From Saprolegnia diclina VS20 (taxonomy: Eukaryota): 64,000 nt of DNA. Below are positions 1 to 11,791 of the stretch, piece after piece. The DNA lies in NCBI RefSeq assembly GCF_000281045.1, contig NW_008246074.1, positions 1,016,573-1,080,572 of the forward strand, written 5' to 3'. Under the pieces are notes generated by a model. That model saw only the letters and a program-made list of their open reading frames with translations. It searched no databases and was not told the origin of the DNA. The first letter of the stretch is position 1. Each line of letters starts with the position of its first letter. The position numbers and the translations under genes were made by a program.

Positions 1-2
1 TC

Positions 3-1844
3 AACTTTGACGCGCTGCCGTCGGCGTCGATCGAGGCGGAGATGAAGGAAGTGTCGTTCCGCCAGATCATGGAGCTCACCAAGCCGCAGCGCAAGTACCT
101 CATCGTCGGCTTCCTCGCGTGCTGCATCCAAGGCTTCTCGATGCCCGGCGTCGCGCTCATCATCTCGAACGTCATGTCGACAATGCAGAAGAACTACAAG
201 CTGTACATCGACACGAAGAAGCCCGAGTACCTCGACACGCTCTACACGGACGTCCGCGATCAAGCCGTCATCTTCATCGGCATTGCGGTCGCCATCTTCT
301 TTGTCTCGTACATCCAGACGTACACGTTCCGGTACATTGGCGAGAAGCTCACGACCCGGCTTCGCAACATGCACTTCCAGGCGCTCATGCGCCAGGACAT
401 TGGCTACTTTGACATGGACGGCCACACGACCGGCGCTTTGACAACCGACCTCTCGACGCACGCGACCAAGGTGGTTGCGATCGCCGGCGAGAACCAGTCA
501 CGCATCGTGCAGACGATCTTTACGTTCATCGCGGCCATGATCATCTCGTTTGGCCTTGGCAGCTGGCAGCTCACGCTCGTCATGCTCTGCGTGCTGCCGC
601 TCATGGTCATCGCCACGATGTTCCGCAGCCAGCAGATGAAGGGCCAGAAGGTCAGCGACAGCCTCACGCTCTCGGGCTCGGTGGCGACTGAAGCCATTGT
701 CAACGCCCGGACGGTGACCGCACTCGGCCTCCAAGAGACGCTTGCTGCCAAGTACGACGAAATGCTCGAGCAGCCAATGAAGGACGGCGTCCGCGAGTCG
801 CACATCAACGGCATCATGAACGGCTTCTCGACCTTCTCCATGTTTGCCGTCTACGCGCTGGTGTTCTGGTATGGCAACAAGCTCATCCAAGACGGCGCCA
901 TCAGCTTTGAAGAGATGATCCGCACGCTCATGGCCGTCATGATGGCAGCCCAAGGCATGGGCCAGACCGCCGGCTGGATGGGTGATACCGACTCGGCCAA
1001 GAAGGCGGCCAAGGAGATCTTCGCGATCGTCGAGCGCCAGCCCATCATCGACTCGTCCAAGGTCGACGAAGGCGTCGTGCCCAACTCGATCGAAGGCCGC
1101 ATCGTCTTCAAGGACGTCCAGTTCAACTACCCGACCCGCCCCAACATCCAAGTCCTCAAGCACTACGATTTGACGATCGAGCCGGGTCAGACGGTCGCGT
1201 TTTGCGGTCCCAGTGGCGGCGGCAAGAGCACGGTCGTCGCACTCCTCGAACGCTTCTACCAGCAACAAGCCGGCTCCATCACGCTCGACGGCCGCGAGCT
1301 CGCGACGCTCAACCTCCCGTGGCTGCGCAACCAGATCGGTCTCGTCGGCCAAGAGCCCGTCTTGTTTGTGGGCACGATCGCCGAGAACATTGCCGGCGGC
1401 CTCGCCAACATTGACAACGTGCCGGACCTCCAAGCGCGCGTGGAAGCGGCCGCCAAGATGGCGAACGCCCACAACTTCATCTCGCAGTTTCCCGACGGGT
1501 ACGAGACGCAAGTGGGTCTCAAAGGCGAGCAGCTCTCGGGCGGCCAGAAGCAGCGCATCGCGATCGCGCGTGCGATCATGAAGAACCCGTCGATTTTGCT
1601 ACTGGACGAAGCCACGTCGGCGCTCGACTCGGAGAGCGAAAAGGTCGTCCAAGAAGCGCTCGACAAGCTGCTGGCGGCCAAGGGCCGGACGACGATCGTG
1701 ATTGCGCACCGCCTCTCGACGATCCGGAACGCCGACAAGATCTGCGTCGTGAGCGGCGGCCGCATCGCAGAGCAAGGCACGCACGATGAGCTCATGCGTC
1801 TCAACGGCATCTACACGCACCTCGCGTCGCACAACCAGATTTAG
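3..1844 (+). CDS. ABC transporter B family (MDR/P-glycoprotein), C-terminal half; 5' part lies upstream of the window
   Basis: Transmembrane domain followed by NBD with Walker A GPSGGGKST, Q-loop VGQEPVLF, signature LSGGQKQRIAIARA, Walker B ILLLDEATSALD and H-loop IAHRLST. The frame is open from the window start. Confidence 0.96.
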   Translation, partial: NFDALPSASIEAEMKEVSFRQIMELTKPQRKYLIVGFLACCIQGFSMPGVALIISNVMSTMQKNYKLYIDTKKPEYLDTLYTDVRDQAVIFIGIAVAIFFVSYIQTYTFRYIGEKLTTRLRNMHFQALMRQDIGYFDMDGHTTGALTTDLSTHATKVVAIAGENQSRIVQTIFTFIAAMIISFGLGSWQLTLVMLCVLPLMVIATMFRSQQMKGQKVSDSLTLSGSVATEAIVNARTVTALGLQETLAAKYDEMLEQPMKDGVRESHINGIMNGFSTFSMFAVYALVFWYGNKLIQDGAISFEEMIRTLMAVMMAAQGMGQTAGWMGDTDSAKKAAKEIFAIVERQPIIDSSKVDEGVVPNSIEGRIVFKDVQFNYPTRPNIQVLKHYDLTIEPGQTVAFCGPSGGGKSTVVALLERFYQQQAGSITLDGRELATLNLPWLRNQIGLVGQEPVLFVGTIAENIAGGLANIDNVPDLQARVEAAAKMANAHNFISQFPDGYETQVGLKGEQLSGGQKQRIAIARAIMKNPSILLLDEATSALDSESEKVVQEALDKLLAAKGRTTIVIAHRLSTIRNADKICVVSGGRIAEQGTHDELMRLNGIYTHLASHNQI

Positions 1845-2335
1845 GTTGCCACAACATGTGTCCTTTTTATTATAATCAAAGACTGAATTTGCACTTTTTG
1901 CTCAATTTGCCGTAGCAACCACTCCAACCTACAGCAGTCTAAAAAAAGCCGTTTCATGTCTACGGTTGAGTCTACGGTCGAGTCTACGAGTCTAGTCTTT
2001 TCGTGTTGGATGACGACAAAGGCCGGCGCTCACCAACGCAAATCGTCGCCTCGTCAAGGAAGGCTCAAGGAAGGCAAATCTCGGTGCTGTCGAGGTTGCT
2101 CCACAAGCCATTGCTGACTACCGGCACAGAACGTTATGCTGGTAGGGTTACCCCACGCTACCCAACCGTGGGCACTTCTCCATGGCCTCACGACGACGCT
2201 CGATTCAGAGTTGACACGACTGTAACATCGAGCACCTCGGTTTTGCGAGTCGCTCTTACTGTGCTCGCTACTGTGGTCGGATCATCGATGGAAAATAAAA
2301 CGTCTAAAAAAGTGGTGGATATTCAAGTTGCTACG

Positions 2336-3989
2336 TTACTTTTGTGCTTGCTTGAGGTGCTTGGCAAGCAAGAACGCGACTTCCATGCTCTGGGCGTAGT
2401 TCATGCGCGGGTCGCACGCCGTCGTGTAGCGCGCCGTGAGGTCCGTCTCATCGAGCTGCTCCGGGCCGCCAATGCACTCGGTGACGTTCTCGCCCGTGAG
2501 TTCAAAGTGGACGCCGCCGAGGTGGCTGCCCTCGGCGACATGAATGTCGAGCGTTTGGCGCAACTCGGACAAAATCTACCGAGCTCAAATCAGTCCACGA
2601 GTTGCGTACACCATGCAAGATATCGTACCCGGCTGAACGGACGCGTCTTGTAGCCATTGTCGGTCGTAATCGTGTTGCCGTGGCACGGGTCGCAGGACCA
2701 GACGACCTTGAGCCCCGCGGCCTTGACGGCCTGGATGTGGGCCGGCAGCATCGAGGCGACTTTGGCGTCGCCGTACCGCGTGATCAACGTGATCTTGCCC
2801 GGCGTCGCCTCGGGATTCGGCCAGAGCTTGGTGATGAGCTCGACGAGCTCGGACGGGTGCATGCTCGGGCCGACCTTGACGCCGATCGGGTTGGCAATGC
2901 CACGAAAGTACTCGATGTGCGCGTGGTCGAGCTGCCGCGTGCGGTCGCCGATCCAAAGAAAGTCCGTGCCCATGTTGTAGTACTTGCCGTTGATTTTGCG
3001 CGTCATGGCCTCTTCGTACGCGAGGCCGAGGCCTTCGTGCGAGATGAAGAGGTCCATGGTCTTGAGGTTCATGTCGTAGCCGACGCCGCACGTATGCACA
3101 AAGTGCAAGCTGTCCTGGATCGCCGACACCATATGCGCATATTGCTCGGCGCGAATCGAGTTTTGGACAAACCCGAGGTCCCACTTGCCTGCATCGTGGA
3201 TGTCGGCAAATCCGCTGTCGAGAAGGAGCCGGCCATAGTTCATCGTGGCTAATGCAATAAAAAATGACAAAAATGACGAAAATCAAAACAAATGTACCGG
3301 CGCTGTGGTAGTAGCCTTCGAGAAGACGCGCCGGGTCCGGCGTCCGCTCATGCGCGCCGACGCCGTTGACATTTTCACCACGGAACGTGCACACTTCGAC
3401 TAGCCGACGTATTGGACAGCATGAGACAACGAGATGAGATCGGCGAGGCGTACCGCCGTCAATGATTTCAGTGGCTTGCGACCGCGGCTTGGCAAACTGA
3501 CCGGCCATACGCGCGACGCGGGTAGTTGGCATGCGGGCGCCCCACACGAGCACGAGGCTCATTTGCATCATGATGCGCAGCTTCTTCTCGATGACGTCGG
3601 GCTTGCAGTCGCGGAAGCTTTCGGCGCAGTCGCCACCCTGCAGCAGAAAGCGCTTGCCGTCCGCGACCTCGGCGAGCTGGTCGCGGAGACGCTCAATCTC
3701 TTGCACCGATACGAGCGGCGGCAGTGTCTTGACTACACCGCACTGCGTTAGCCGAGCGATTGCCAAGCAAGGGGCACGTACGCTTCTCGAGAGCCGTGTC
3801 GAGCGCCGCGGGGTCGGGGTACGTCGGCTGTTGCTTGATCGGGAACGTCCGCCACGAGCTCGGCGTCCACGCCGGCGGAACGTCGTCGGCGTCGTTCTCG
3901 GCAATGGCCCAGAAGCGCCGTTGGCGCGCCACGTCCTCCTTGGTCGTCGTCGTCGTCGTCGTCGTCGCTGCTGCTGTTGCTGCCTTCAT
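2336..3989 (-). CDS. Class II DAHP synthase (3-deoxy-7-phosphoheptulonate synthase), multi-exon
   Basis: Exons give WTPSSWR..PIKQQPTY, FLLQGGDCAESF, RMAGQFAKPRS, FLWIGDRTRQLDHAH, NPIGVKVGP, WSCDPCHGNT, GGVHFELTG..VTEC and YTTACDPR, joined by short GT-AG introns. Confidence 0.95.
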
Positions 3990-5052
3990 GCTCGTCGGGC
4001 GGTAGAGTGTGAATGGGGTGAGGATCTTATAGCCCGCTGCCGACAGCTTATTCTTTTGGTCGCTTCGTGGTTGTGCAAACGTGTGCTTGGAATGTTCAAT
4101 TCGCTTCTTCCGGACGTTTATCCGGATGAATGCGCCATCCGACCAGCACGTGCAGGACATCATGCAGCTATATGTTGTCAACGGCGGATCTATGCATCCG
4201 GATACGAAAGCTTTGAATCCAGCAAGCACAGCCAATTTGTATCGATGGTCCGGATATGACTCGGTTGTGGGGACGACCAAATGAGACAGGTGCTGACGAC
4301 GACGTGGCGTCTCCGTCTCATGGTCGCCTGGTCAGGCGCTGACTCATGCCATCGCGGTTTGGATACTTGGATAGCAGGAAGCTTCCGCGGTCGTACGTTG
4401 TTTGGCCGGGAAGAGCCATCCACGGTATGCCCCTACTACTGCAATAGGAGTGCCATCGAACATTTAGTGGAGGGTCCTGTGGTGGACTTTGTCGTTGGGC
4501 AACGTCCTCGAACTGTAGAACAGAACATCAGCCGCGCCTCAGTTGGCACCGAGTCGCTTCGAAAGGACACTGCTAGATGGCGTATGCTCCATGGCACAAG
4601 ACTGGTGGCGCTTTTCTTGGGCCCCACCATCGAGCGCAACCGATTGATCCGTCAAGATCAAGGGAATAAGACTATTTCCTTGGCCAAGATGCAGTTGCAC
4701 TTCCAGTCGACCGCCTTTGGTACGGTCGGCGGAGACCTGCCCATGGTTCGCAGGAGCGAGTAGGTAGTACGGAGCTCAAGCCCGTGTTTGCAGTCTCTTT
4801 TTTCCCACTCCTATGAGCGGTGGCAATGGAACCACCGAGTCGGTGCTCGATGGAACCCAACTCATCTCTGCGCCGAATCTATGCTACAAACTAACTGAAT
4901 TATTGTTTGGCACTGCTATAAGGGTAGTACGGACGCCTACGACCGAGAAGAGACGACGCACTGGCATCAGTGCAGTGACGAGTGGCAGCCATGTGCGTCG
5001 CGGCTTGGGTCCTCACCGTGGTCAAGCGAGTGATCCATGCAATCGCTTGGTC

Positions 5053-5508
5053 CTAGTCGTCAAAGTCGAACGAGAGAAGCTTGGCGTCCTTGACAGCCTT
5101 GCGCTTCTTCTTCGCAGGCTTGGCGTTGTCGTCCTTGTCTTTCTTGGTGGTCGAGAACGACAGCGGCGCCTTTCGCTTGGGCTTGGCGGCTATTGCGTCG
5201 CTCGCGCTCTCCTCGGTCGGCTCGTTCTTTTCTTTCTCGGCAGCTTCGTACGCTGCGATGGCCTCTTTCTGCACGTCGTCGAGCTCCTCCTCGTCGTCGT
5301 CGTCCGGAATCGGGTTGGGCCGCTTCAAGGCCAAGCTCGCCTCGTGGTCGAGCGCAACGGGGTCTTGAAACGACTGGAGGAACTTTGGCACGTTGCGCGT
5401 GAACGTTAGCCCCGGCCCGCCGCCCTTGCGCACCTCGGCCCCGCGGCCACGGGCGCCGCCGCCCTCGGGCTCGAGCCCCTCGAAGCTCTTGTCGTCTCGC
5501 CAAGACAT
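5053..5508 (-). CDS. Small charged protein, DUF4604/KIAA1143-like
   Basis: Intronless 151-aa ORF with LTFTRNVPKFLQ near the N-terminus and a K-rich tail ending LLSFDFDD, as recalled for this family. Confidence 0.7.
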   Translation of the reverse strand: MSWRDDKSFEGLEPEGGGARGRGAEVRKGGGPGLTFTRNVPKFLQSFQDPVALDHEASLALKRPNPIPDDDDEEELDDVQKEAIAAYEAAEKEKNEPTEESASDAIAAKPKRKAPLSFSTTKKDKDDNAKPAKKKRKAVKDAKLLSFDFDD

Positions 5509-5599
5509 GCGTGCCAGTTTGAAACATCCCAGTATGTTTTAAACAGCTAGCTATCCGGATACAATAACCGGATCAGACACGCCGAAATCCAAATTTGCC

Positions 5600-6438
5600 A
5601 TGGCCGAGTACACAGCGCTCGTTGTCGGCGCGACAGGCGCGATCGGCCGCGAGGTCGTCAAGCAGCTCGCCGCGTCTGTGCGCTGCACGCAAGTCGTCGC
5701 GCTCTCTCGTCGGGCGATGGACGCGTCGGCGCTAGCGGCGGCCTTTCCCGGCGCGGCCGCGAACAAGATCCGAGTCCACGTCGTCGACTACGACCATCTC
5801 CAGCCGGCCGACGTCGCGGGCCATGGCGCCACCGCCACGTTCTGCTGCCTTGGCACGACGCGCAAAGGTATGCGCGCTGGCGTGGACGAAGTCTGACATG
5901 CGTGTAGATGCTGGGTCGGACGAAGCCTTCCGCAAAGGTGCACCCTCGCTGCATCTCGTCATGGCAAATGTGTCATCTTGACTGTCTAGTCGACTTGACG
6001 TACGTGGAAAACATTGGCAAGCTTGCAAAGGACGCCAACCTCCCGTACTTTGCCTTGGTATCGGCCTCGGTACGCTCCTGGGACTCCAAGTACCTCGACA
6101 ACGACTAAGTAGAATGCCAACGCGGCCTCGTGGTTCCTGTACCCCAAAACGAAGGGCCTCGCAGAAGACGCCATCAAGGCGCTCAGTTTTCCTCGCACGA
6201 CGATCGCTCAACCTGGCTTGTTGCAGCGCGGCGACCTCTCGCGTTTCGTGGAGCGCGTTGGGCACTGTGTTCTCCCGTCAGTACGTCACCAACAATCCAA
6301 AAGCTATGTTCATCTCTGCACATACATTAGGTGTCGGTGGCTGCAGTCGCCAAGGCCATGGTCACAGACTACGAGACCAATGGCGCGACCCCCGGACTCA
6401 CAATCCTCGCGCACAACGACATGAAAGCTTTCGAGTAG
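5600..6438 (+). CDS. HTATIP2/TIP30 (Fmp52-like) NAD(P)-binding oxidoreductase, multi-exon
   Basis: Rossmann motif ALVVGATGAIG, FCCLGTTRK|DAGSDEAFRK|VDLTY, NANAASWFLYPKTKG and QPGLL across short introns. Confidence 0.9.
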
Positions 6439-6850
6439 AGCAAAAAGCTCACTTTCACGGTTGCTACCCTTCACACTGTATGACCTAAGCAATTGCGTTT
6501 ATATGGTTGCTCTCGAGTGTGCTAGCACGTTCGAAGGAGAAGAGCTTTGCGCGATTTCGGTAGGATGCAGAGCGATTTCGAGCACTGTAACGACAGCATC
6601 GGACTCGCCGCTTCATTTCCTACTAATTTACTTGAAAATGGCGAGCGAGTGCTGTTGGCGGCCGACGTCTCGATGTCCGCAAGATGTGAGATGCAGGCAA
6701 TACTGTCGGTACCGCACGGTACACTGCGTCGAATGCTACAGCGACGACGCGGTCTCGCTACGTTTTGAGTATCAATGTATCACGGCCGAGCACATGTCCT
6801 GGCATTGGCGCGACGAGGATGAGAATGGAAGCATGTATCTACTTCGCGTA

Positions 6851-7474
6851 TACGAGTAGCATCATTATATTTACTGGGAGTACTACTACAGTGCTACTAC
6901 TACCATAGGGAGACGACGAGAGACGACAACTCGTCGCGGTGGGGGCCTTGAGATGGAAACCATTCTGAGATGTACTAGCTCCAGAACGAGCACCAGAAGC
7001 AAGCTCCGATCATGATGGCTTGGAGCAAGCGACGTCATCAGACGAAGAATACCGGCTGCCACAACAACATCGTCGGCGAGGACGATGAATCAAGCGCCGC
7101 AAAGCGCAGTCTCCTGCTTGGCTGTCTGTCGAGCAGGAGAGCTCGCGGGAAACGACCAACACTCTGTCATTTCAGCCAATCCGCGCCGACTGTCCTGACG
7201 ATCCACCGAATCCGGATCCGGTTCGCTGGCAAAGCGGCTCGCCACAGTCGTCCTCGCCAGCTCCAGCTCCAGCTCTAGCATGCAAGACGTCGACGCCGCC
7301 ACCGAGCCGTACGAGGCCGCGCGCAACCTCCTCGCGGGGACGAAGCGCTACACCTACGTCAGCCAGGAGCTGCTCGCAGCCGGCTACGTCCCGAGCCTCC
7401 CAGTCGCCCGGTTTCGACTCGCACTCGAACCACTGCTGCATCAGCGACCCCGTCGTCTCGATGCTGCAGCGCTA
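6851..7474 (+). repeat. Dispersed repeat, copy A (inverted copy at 58617-59232)
   Basis: The ORF track shows identical peptides (MMAWSKRRHQ..., MQDVDAATEPYEAARNLLAGTK) at both loci on opposite strands. The DNA core is nearly identical by eye. Confidence 0.95.
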
Positions 7475-9904
7475 CCCGTCGGGCGGTCGGGCGTCGTCCC
7501 TGCTCAAAATGTGCAGAAGGACCACGGCGCGTCGATCGCGTCCATGCGGCGGGACGCTCATCCTGCGTCGATCGAAGCTGCCTTAATCGTCCACTTCGAG
7601 ACGTACGGGCTTGCACCCGTGCTCTCGCACATCGCTGTCGGCAGCGCCTCGTCGACACCTCTCTTGACACCGACAGTTCCGACGAAGTGCAGCTTTGGGA
7701 CGCTCCTCGTCGTCTTGCCGACGCATCATCATGGCGGCCAAGTGACGGCCACGTACATGGGCTTCTCGAAAGCGCTGGTCACGGATGCGACAAGCGCCAC
7801 GTACGCGGTGGTGCACCGCGGCGCCTCCTTGTCAGTCACGCCCGTCAAGATCGGGCACGTGGTCATTGCCGTCTTTGACTCGTTGACCAGCGCCCGCCGC
7901 GCAACGAGCCCCCTCTCTCGCGCGCGTTTGAGGCCACGGTGGCGGCTTTGATCGACGTGGCGTCAGCGCCTTCGGTCGTCCATGACATGATCGGCTTCGC
8001 GGTCCATGCCGGCGCTGCTCTCGAATATCTTTGCCTTCCGCACCACCTTTCTCAAGATACGGCGTTCCTGGCGGCGCAATTCGAGTCCAAGGCCTTTGAT
8101 GTTGCCGCTGTGCTCGTGTACCCGCGCCTCGGCAACACCGGCGCGTCTTCTTTCCAAATTCTTCGTGGAACGATGCACCCGGCGCTGGGGCTCGAGCCCA
8201 ACGTGATAGCGCACCTTGTGTACCGAAAGGTGCCGGTCTTCCTCCGCAACCTCGCTCAAGAGCCGAGTGACACGGAGCCGAAGGTATGTCTCGTCTCTTG
8301 GCCCACGGCTCATCCCGCGTGCTCGGCGTCCATGCAAGCGTCGCCTCTCTCGGGGTCATTCCCGACATTGGGCTTCGCCGTCGCTGCCTCGAGAACATGC
8401 TTGGTGGCGCTTCGTACACGTGCAACGAGTATGATTGCCCGGGGATCTTCTTCTCGGCCGACCTTGGTCGCCAAGTGAACGGCTTTGGCGACATTGGCCT
8501 CGTCAAGCGCTTCTGGGCCAAGCGCGCGACCGTGGTTTGCATGAATCACCTCCATCTCTTCGCGTCGACGATCCAGCGTGCGTTCGAGCTCTTTGGCGTC
8601 GACGCCCTCATGCCGGCGCTCGAAGCGCTCCTCTCGAGCTGGCAAGTGACGTGGGCCCACTTTGCGAGCAGTGTTCGACTCGTGGCGAGCCTTGTGGGAG
8701 TCTCGGGCAAGGCTGTCTGCTCACGCGTCCCGCTCTCGGCTCCGGAGGCATCGCGCCTCTACAGGAGTATCTTCCCCAACACGTCGCCACGATGACACTG
8801 GACTACGAGGACTCGAAGGAGCTCATGCAGGTGGCACTCGCGAACGCCGTGCGCCTCGAGTCGTACCTCTTTGACGATCCGCTGCACGGCAAGATGCCCC
8901 GGAGCTCAATATGCACGTGTACGCGTACCGCGCGCCGTTGTGCTTGGAAACGCTCGTCATCAAGGAGACCAAGATTGTCTTCCACCCGTGGACTTGGCGC
9001 CGACCCAAGTGCCATGGCTCGACGCGCTCTTGCAGGCCACCACCACGAGCGACGAGATTGAGCCCTTCGACGTCGACGGCGACAGCGTGGATACGGGTGA
9101 CGAGTGCGACGTCCAGGTCGTCGCCAGCCATGCGGCCAACGTGCTTTGCGCCTTCCACGCCGTGGACGCACTCGACGCGGAGACGCTCACGCGCATCTTG
9201 GTCATGGCGCGCCGCGCGGCGTCGGAAGCACTCGCTCTCTTCTTGGATGCGGTGGCGGCGGATGCGGCGCTACTTCAACCTCGTGCGTCCGCGTTTGGTC
9301 GACTTCAACGAGGTGGAGCTGCGCGACTTGGTACTGAACTAAAAAATGCATACGATCGAGATGCTCGCGCGCTGGTCGGCTAGACCCTCTGCGTGCTTTG
9401 ATTTTGCACCGGGACAACGACCCGGACCTGCACCGCGCCTTCGAGCATCGCCTGCAGCAAGCGACGACGCCATTCGACCGAGAGCTCGCGCGTACGACCC
9501 TTCGCACTCTTGCAGCCGAGGACAACGCAATGCAAAACGAGTTGGTGGCCGTAGTTGACGTCGCATTTGAGACTGGCAGCGACGACTGCGAGAGCTTTGA
9601 CAAGTGGCTTCGCTCGCCGACGATGGTGACGAGGAGCAACCCATCGCCAGTGTGCGCCACCATTCGAGTGTTTGCGGCGGCCCACGCACATGTGCTCGAC
9701 ACGATCGACATGCACGACACGGTTGTCGTGACCAAGCGGCTGCCCCAGCACGAGCGCCGTGATCAAGCTGCGATCATGATGCTTTGGCTCCAGCGCCGCC
9801 TCGCCGAAGACGACCACGCGCGCCGCCACGCCAACACCGTTGATGGCAACACCGTCAACGACGACGACGACGAGCCCGCACCCAAGCGCCTCAAGTCGTC
9901 GTAG
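7280..9904 (+). pseudogene. Frameshifted gene with a 2OG-Fe(II) oxygenase-like N-terminal region
   Basis: Coding-like sequence split over six overlapping + ORFs in changing frames. FGTLLVVLPTHHHGGQV resembles the xGxLVVxLPSxHxGGxL motif of 2OG-Fe(II) oxygenase-like proteins. Ends PAPKRLKSS. Confidence 0.55.
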
Positions 9905-10305
9905 CTGCTTCCGTCGCAGTCGCTTCTTCCTTCTCGTTTCAGTGTGCATGTCCAGCCTCGTACAAGTGCGTCGTACCGATCAATCTAAGTCATTTGCCTT
10001 GGACGCTTCTTGAACTTACTGTCCGGATGCGCCTCATCTCGGAAGGTACTAGGCGTGGTCCCGGTCCTTCGGAGCAGTGAAAGCCCGTGGGTCCTCCGTC
10101 AACGAGCTCTGACAACTTGCATCGTTGCTACCGGTAGCTGCATCGCCAGTCAGATCTTTGACCCGAGCGCCCTCGACAAGCCAAGCTCATTGCACAAGGA
10201 ACTCGTATCACAAGGGCATCGCGTGATGGGCCACTGCAAATGAAGCAGGTTTCTGACTGATCAACGCACCAAAACGTGTGTATACATTATCACCACACTT
10301 CGCGA

Positions 10306-11791
10306 TCACAACTTGGCGGCTTGGCGAAAGTACGCTTCGTGACGGACATAGCTGGGGCTACACGCGCAGCATGGGCCAAGAAGACAAGGTGACAGCAGCG
10401 ACGTACCCAATGTCGGCCAGCGTCGTCGTCGCAGAAAACATCATGGCGTGCGCGAGCTCGCTCGTGAGCATGTCAATGACGTCCTCCACACCTTGTTGGC
10501 CCTATACCGAGCCATGAGCGACCGAATGCACCAAGAGGTGTTGTCGTACGCTGTGTGCCAAGCCCCAGAGCGTCGGGCGGCCGAGGAAGACGGCGCGGGC
10601 GCCAAGTGCCAGTGCCTACGCAAATATCAATGTATCAGCTTGATACAACGACGGCCAAGTCTCTTACCTTGAAGACATCAGTACCGCGGCGGACACCACC
10701 ATCCAGGTAGACTTCGGCGCGGCCTTGGACCGCCTCGACAATCGCGGGCAGCACTTCGATGGTCGCCGGCACCGTATCCAGTTGCCTACGAGCCCAATGT
10801 CAACATTCGCCGTCTTTGGACGAGAGCTGCATCTACCGGGCGCCGTGGTTGGAGACGAGGATGCCCTTGCAGCCCACGTCGCAGGCCATGACAGCGTCTT
10901 CGGGCGTGAGAATACCCTTGACGACGACGGGCAGCGTCGTGATGCTCTGAAGCCATGCGACGTCGTTCCACGTAATGTTGAGGTCAAAGAGCTCCTTCGT
11001 GTACTGCGAGAGCCCGACTTCGTTCATGCGGTGCGCGTGCTTGCCGTGCGTAAAGTTGGCCATCGTCAAGTGGCTGCCCATCAACATCAATCCCAGCGCT
11101 CTGCCACGATCGAGAGGTAGGGATACGTACTTGGGCAACGCAAAGTTGTTGCGGTGGTCGGGCTCGCGGGACCCCAAGATGGGCGTGTCGACCGTGAGCA
11201 CGAGCGCCTTGTAGCCAGCCTTCTCGGCGCGAACGACCAAGTCGCGCGTGAGCTCACGATCCTACATCCTCGCAACGTAAGCTTCATGGTCATGGAAGAG
11301 ATCCAATCTACCTTGAAGACGTAGAGCTGGTACCAGCGCAGGCCGTCACCGTTCGAGACTGCGACATCTTCGAGGCTCGTTGTGCTGATCGTGCTGAGCG
11401 TGTAGCACGTCTTCTTGGCAGCCGCGGCGGCCGAACTCGCGAGCTCGCCGTCCGGGTGGGCCATGCGCTGCATGGCACTGGGCGCGATGCAGACTGGCGT
11501 CGCAATCGGCGACCCGAGGAGCGTCGTCGATGTGTCAATGTTGCGCACGTCGCGGAGGACGCGCGGCATGAGCTTGAGGCGCGTGAAGGCGAGGCGGTTC
11601 TCCTTGAGCGTCACTACGCTCAAGCGTCATGAGCCCCATCATGTGGCTTGTGACGTATATGTCGTACCCATGTCGTCGGCGCCCGAGATGTAGTAGTCGA
11701 GCGTCTTCTTCGGGAGGTACGTGCGCGCGTACGTCTCAAACTCTTCGACGTTCAGCGGCGTCGCGTCAGCGCCAGGGACCACCGGTGCCAT
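10306..11791 (-). CDS. Peroxisomal (S)-2-hydroxy-acid (glycolate) oxidase, FMN-dependent, multi-exon
   Basis: [60 protein letters not shown] and [13 protein letters not shown]. The last exon ends AAKL* (PTS1). Confidence 0.95.

Noticed and set aside
1958..1997. Short degenerate GAGTCTACG tandem; also TAGGACTCGCG x2 at 12151-12176
   Set aside because: Only 2-4 short copies, consistent with replication slippage.
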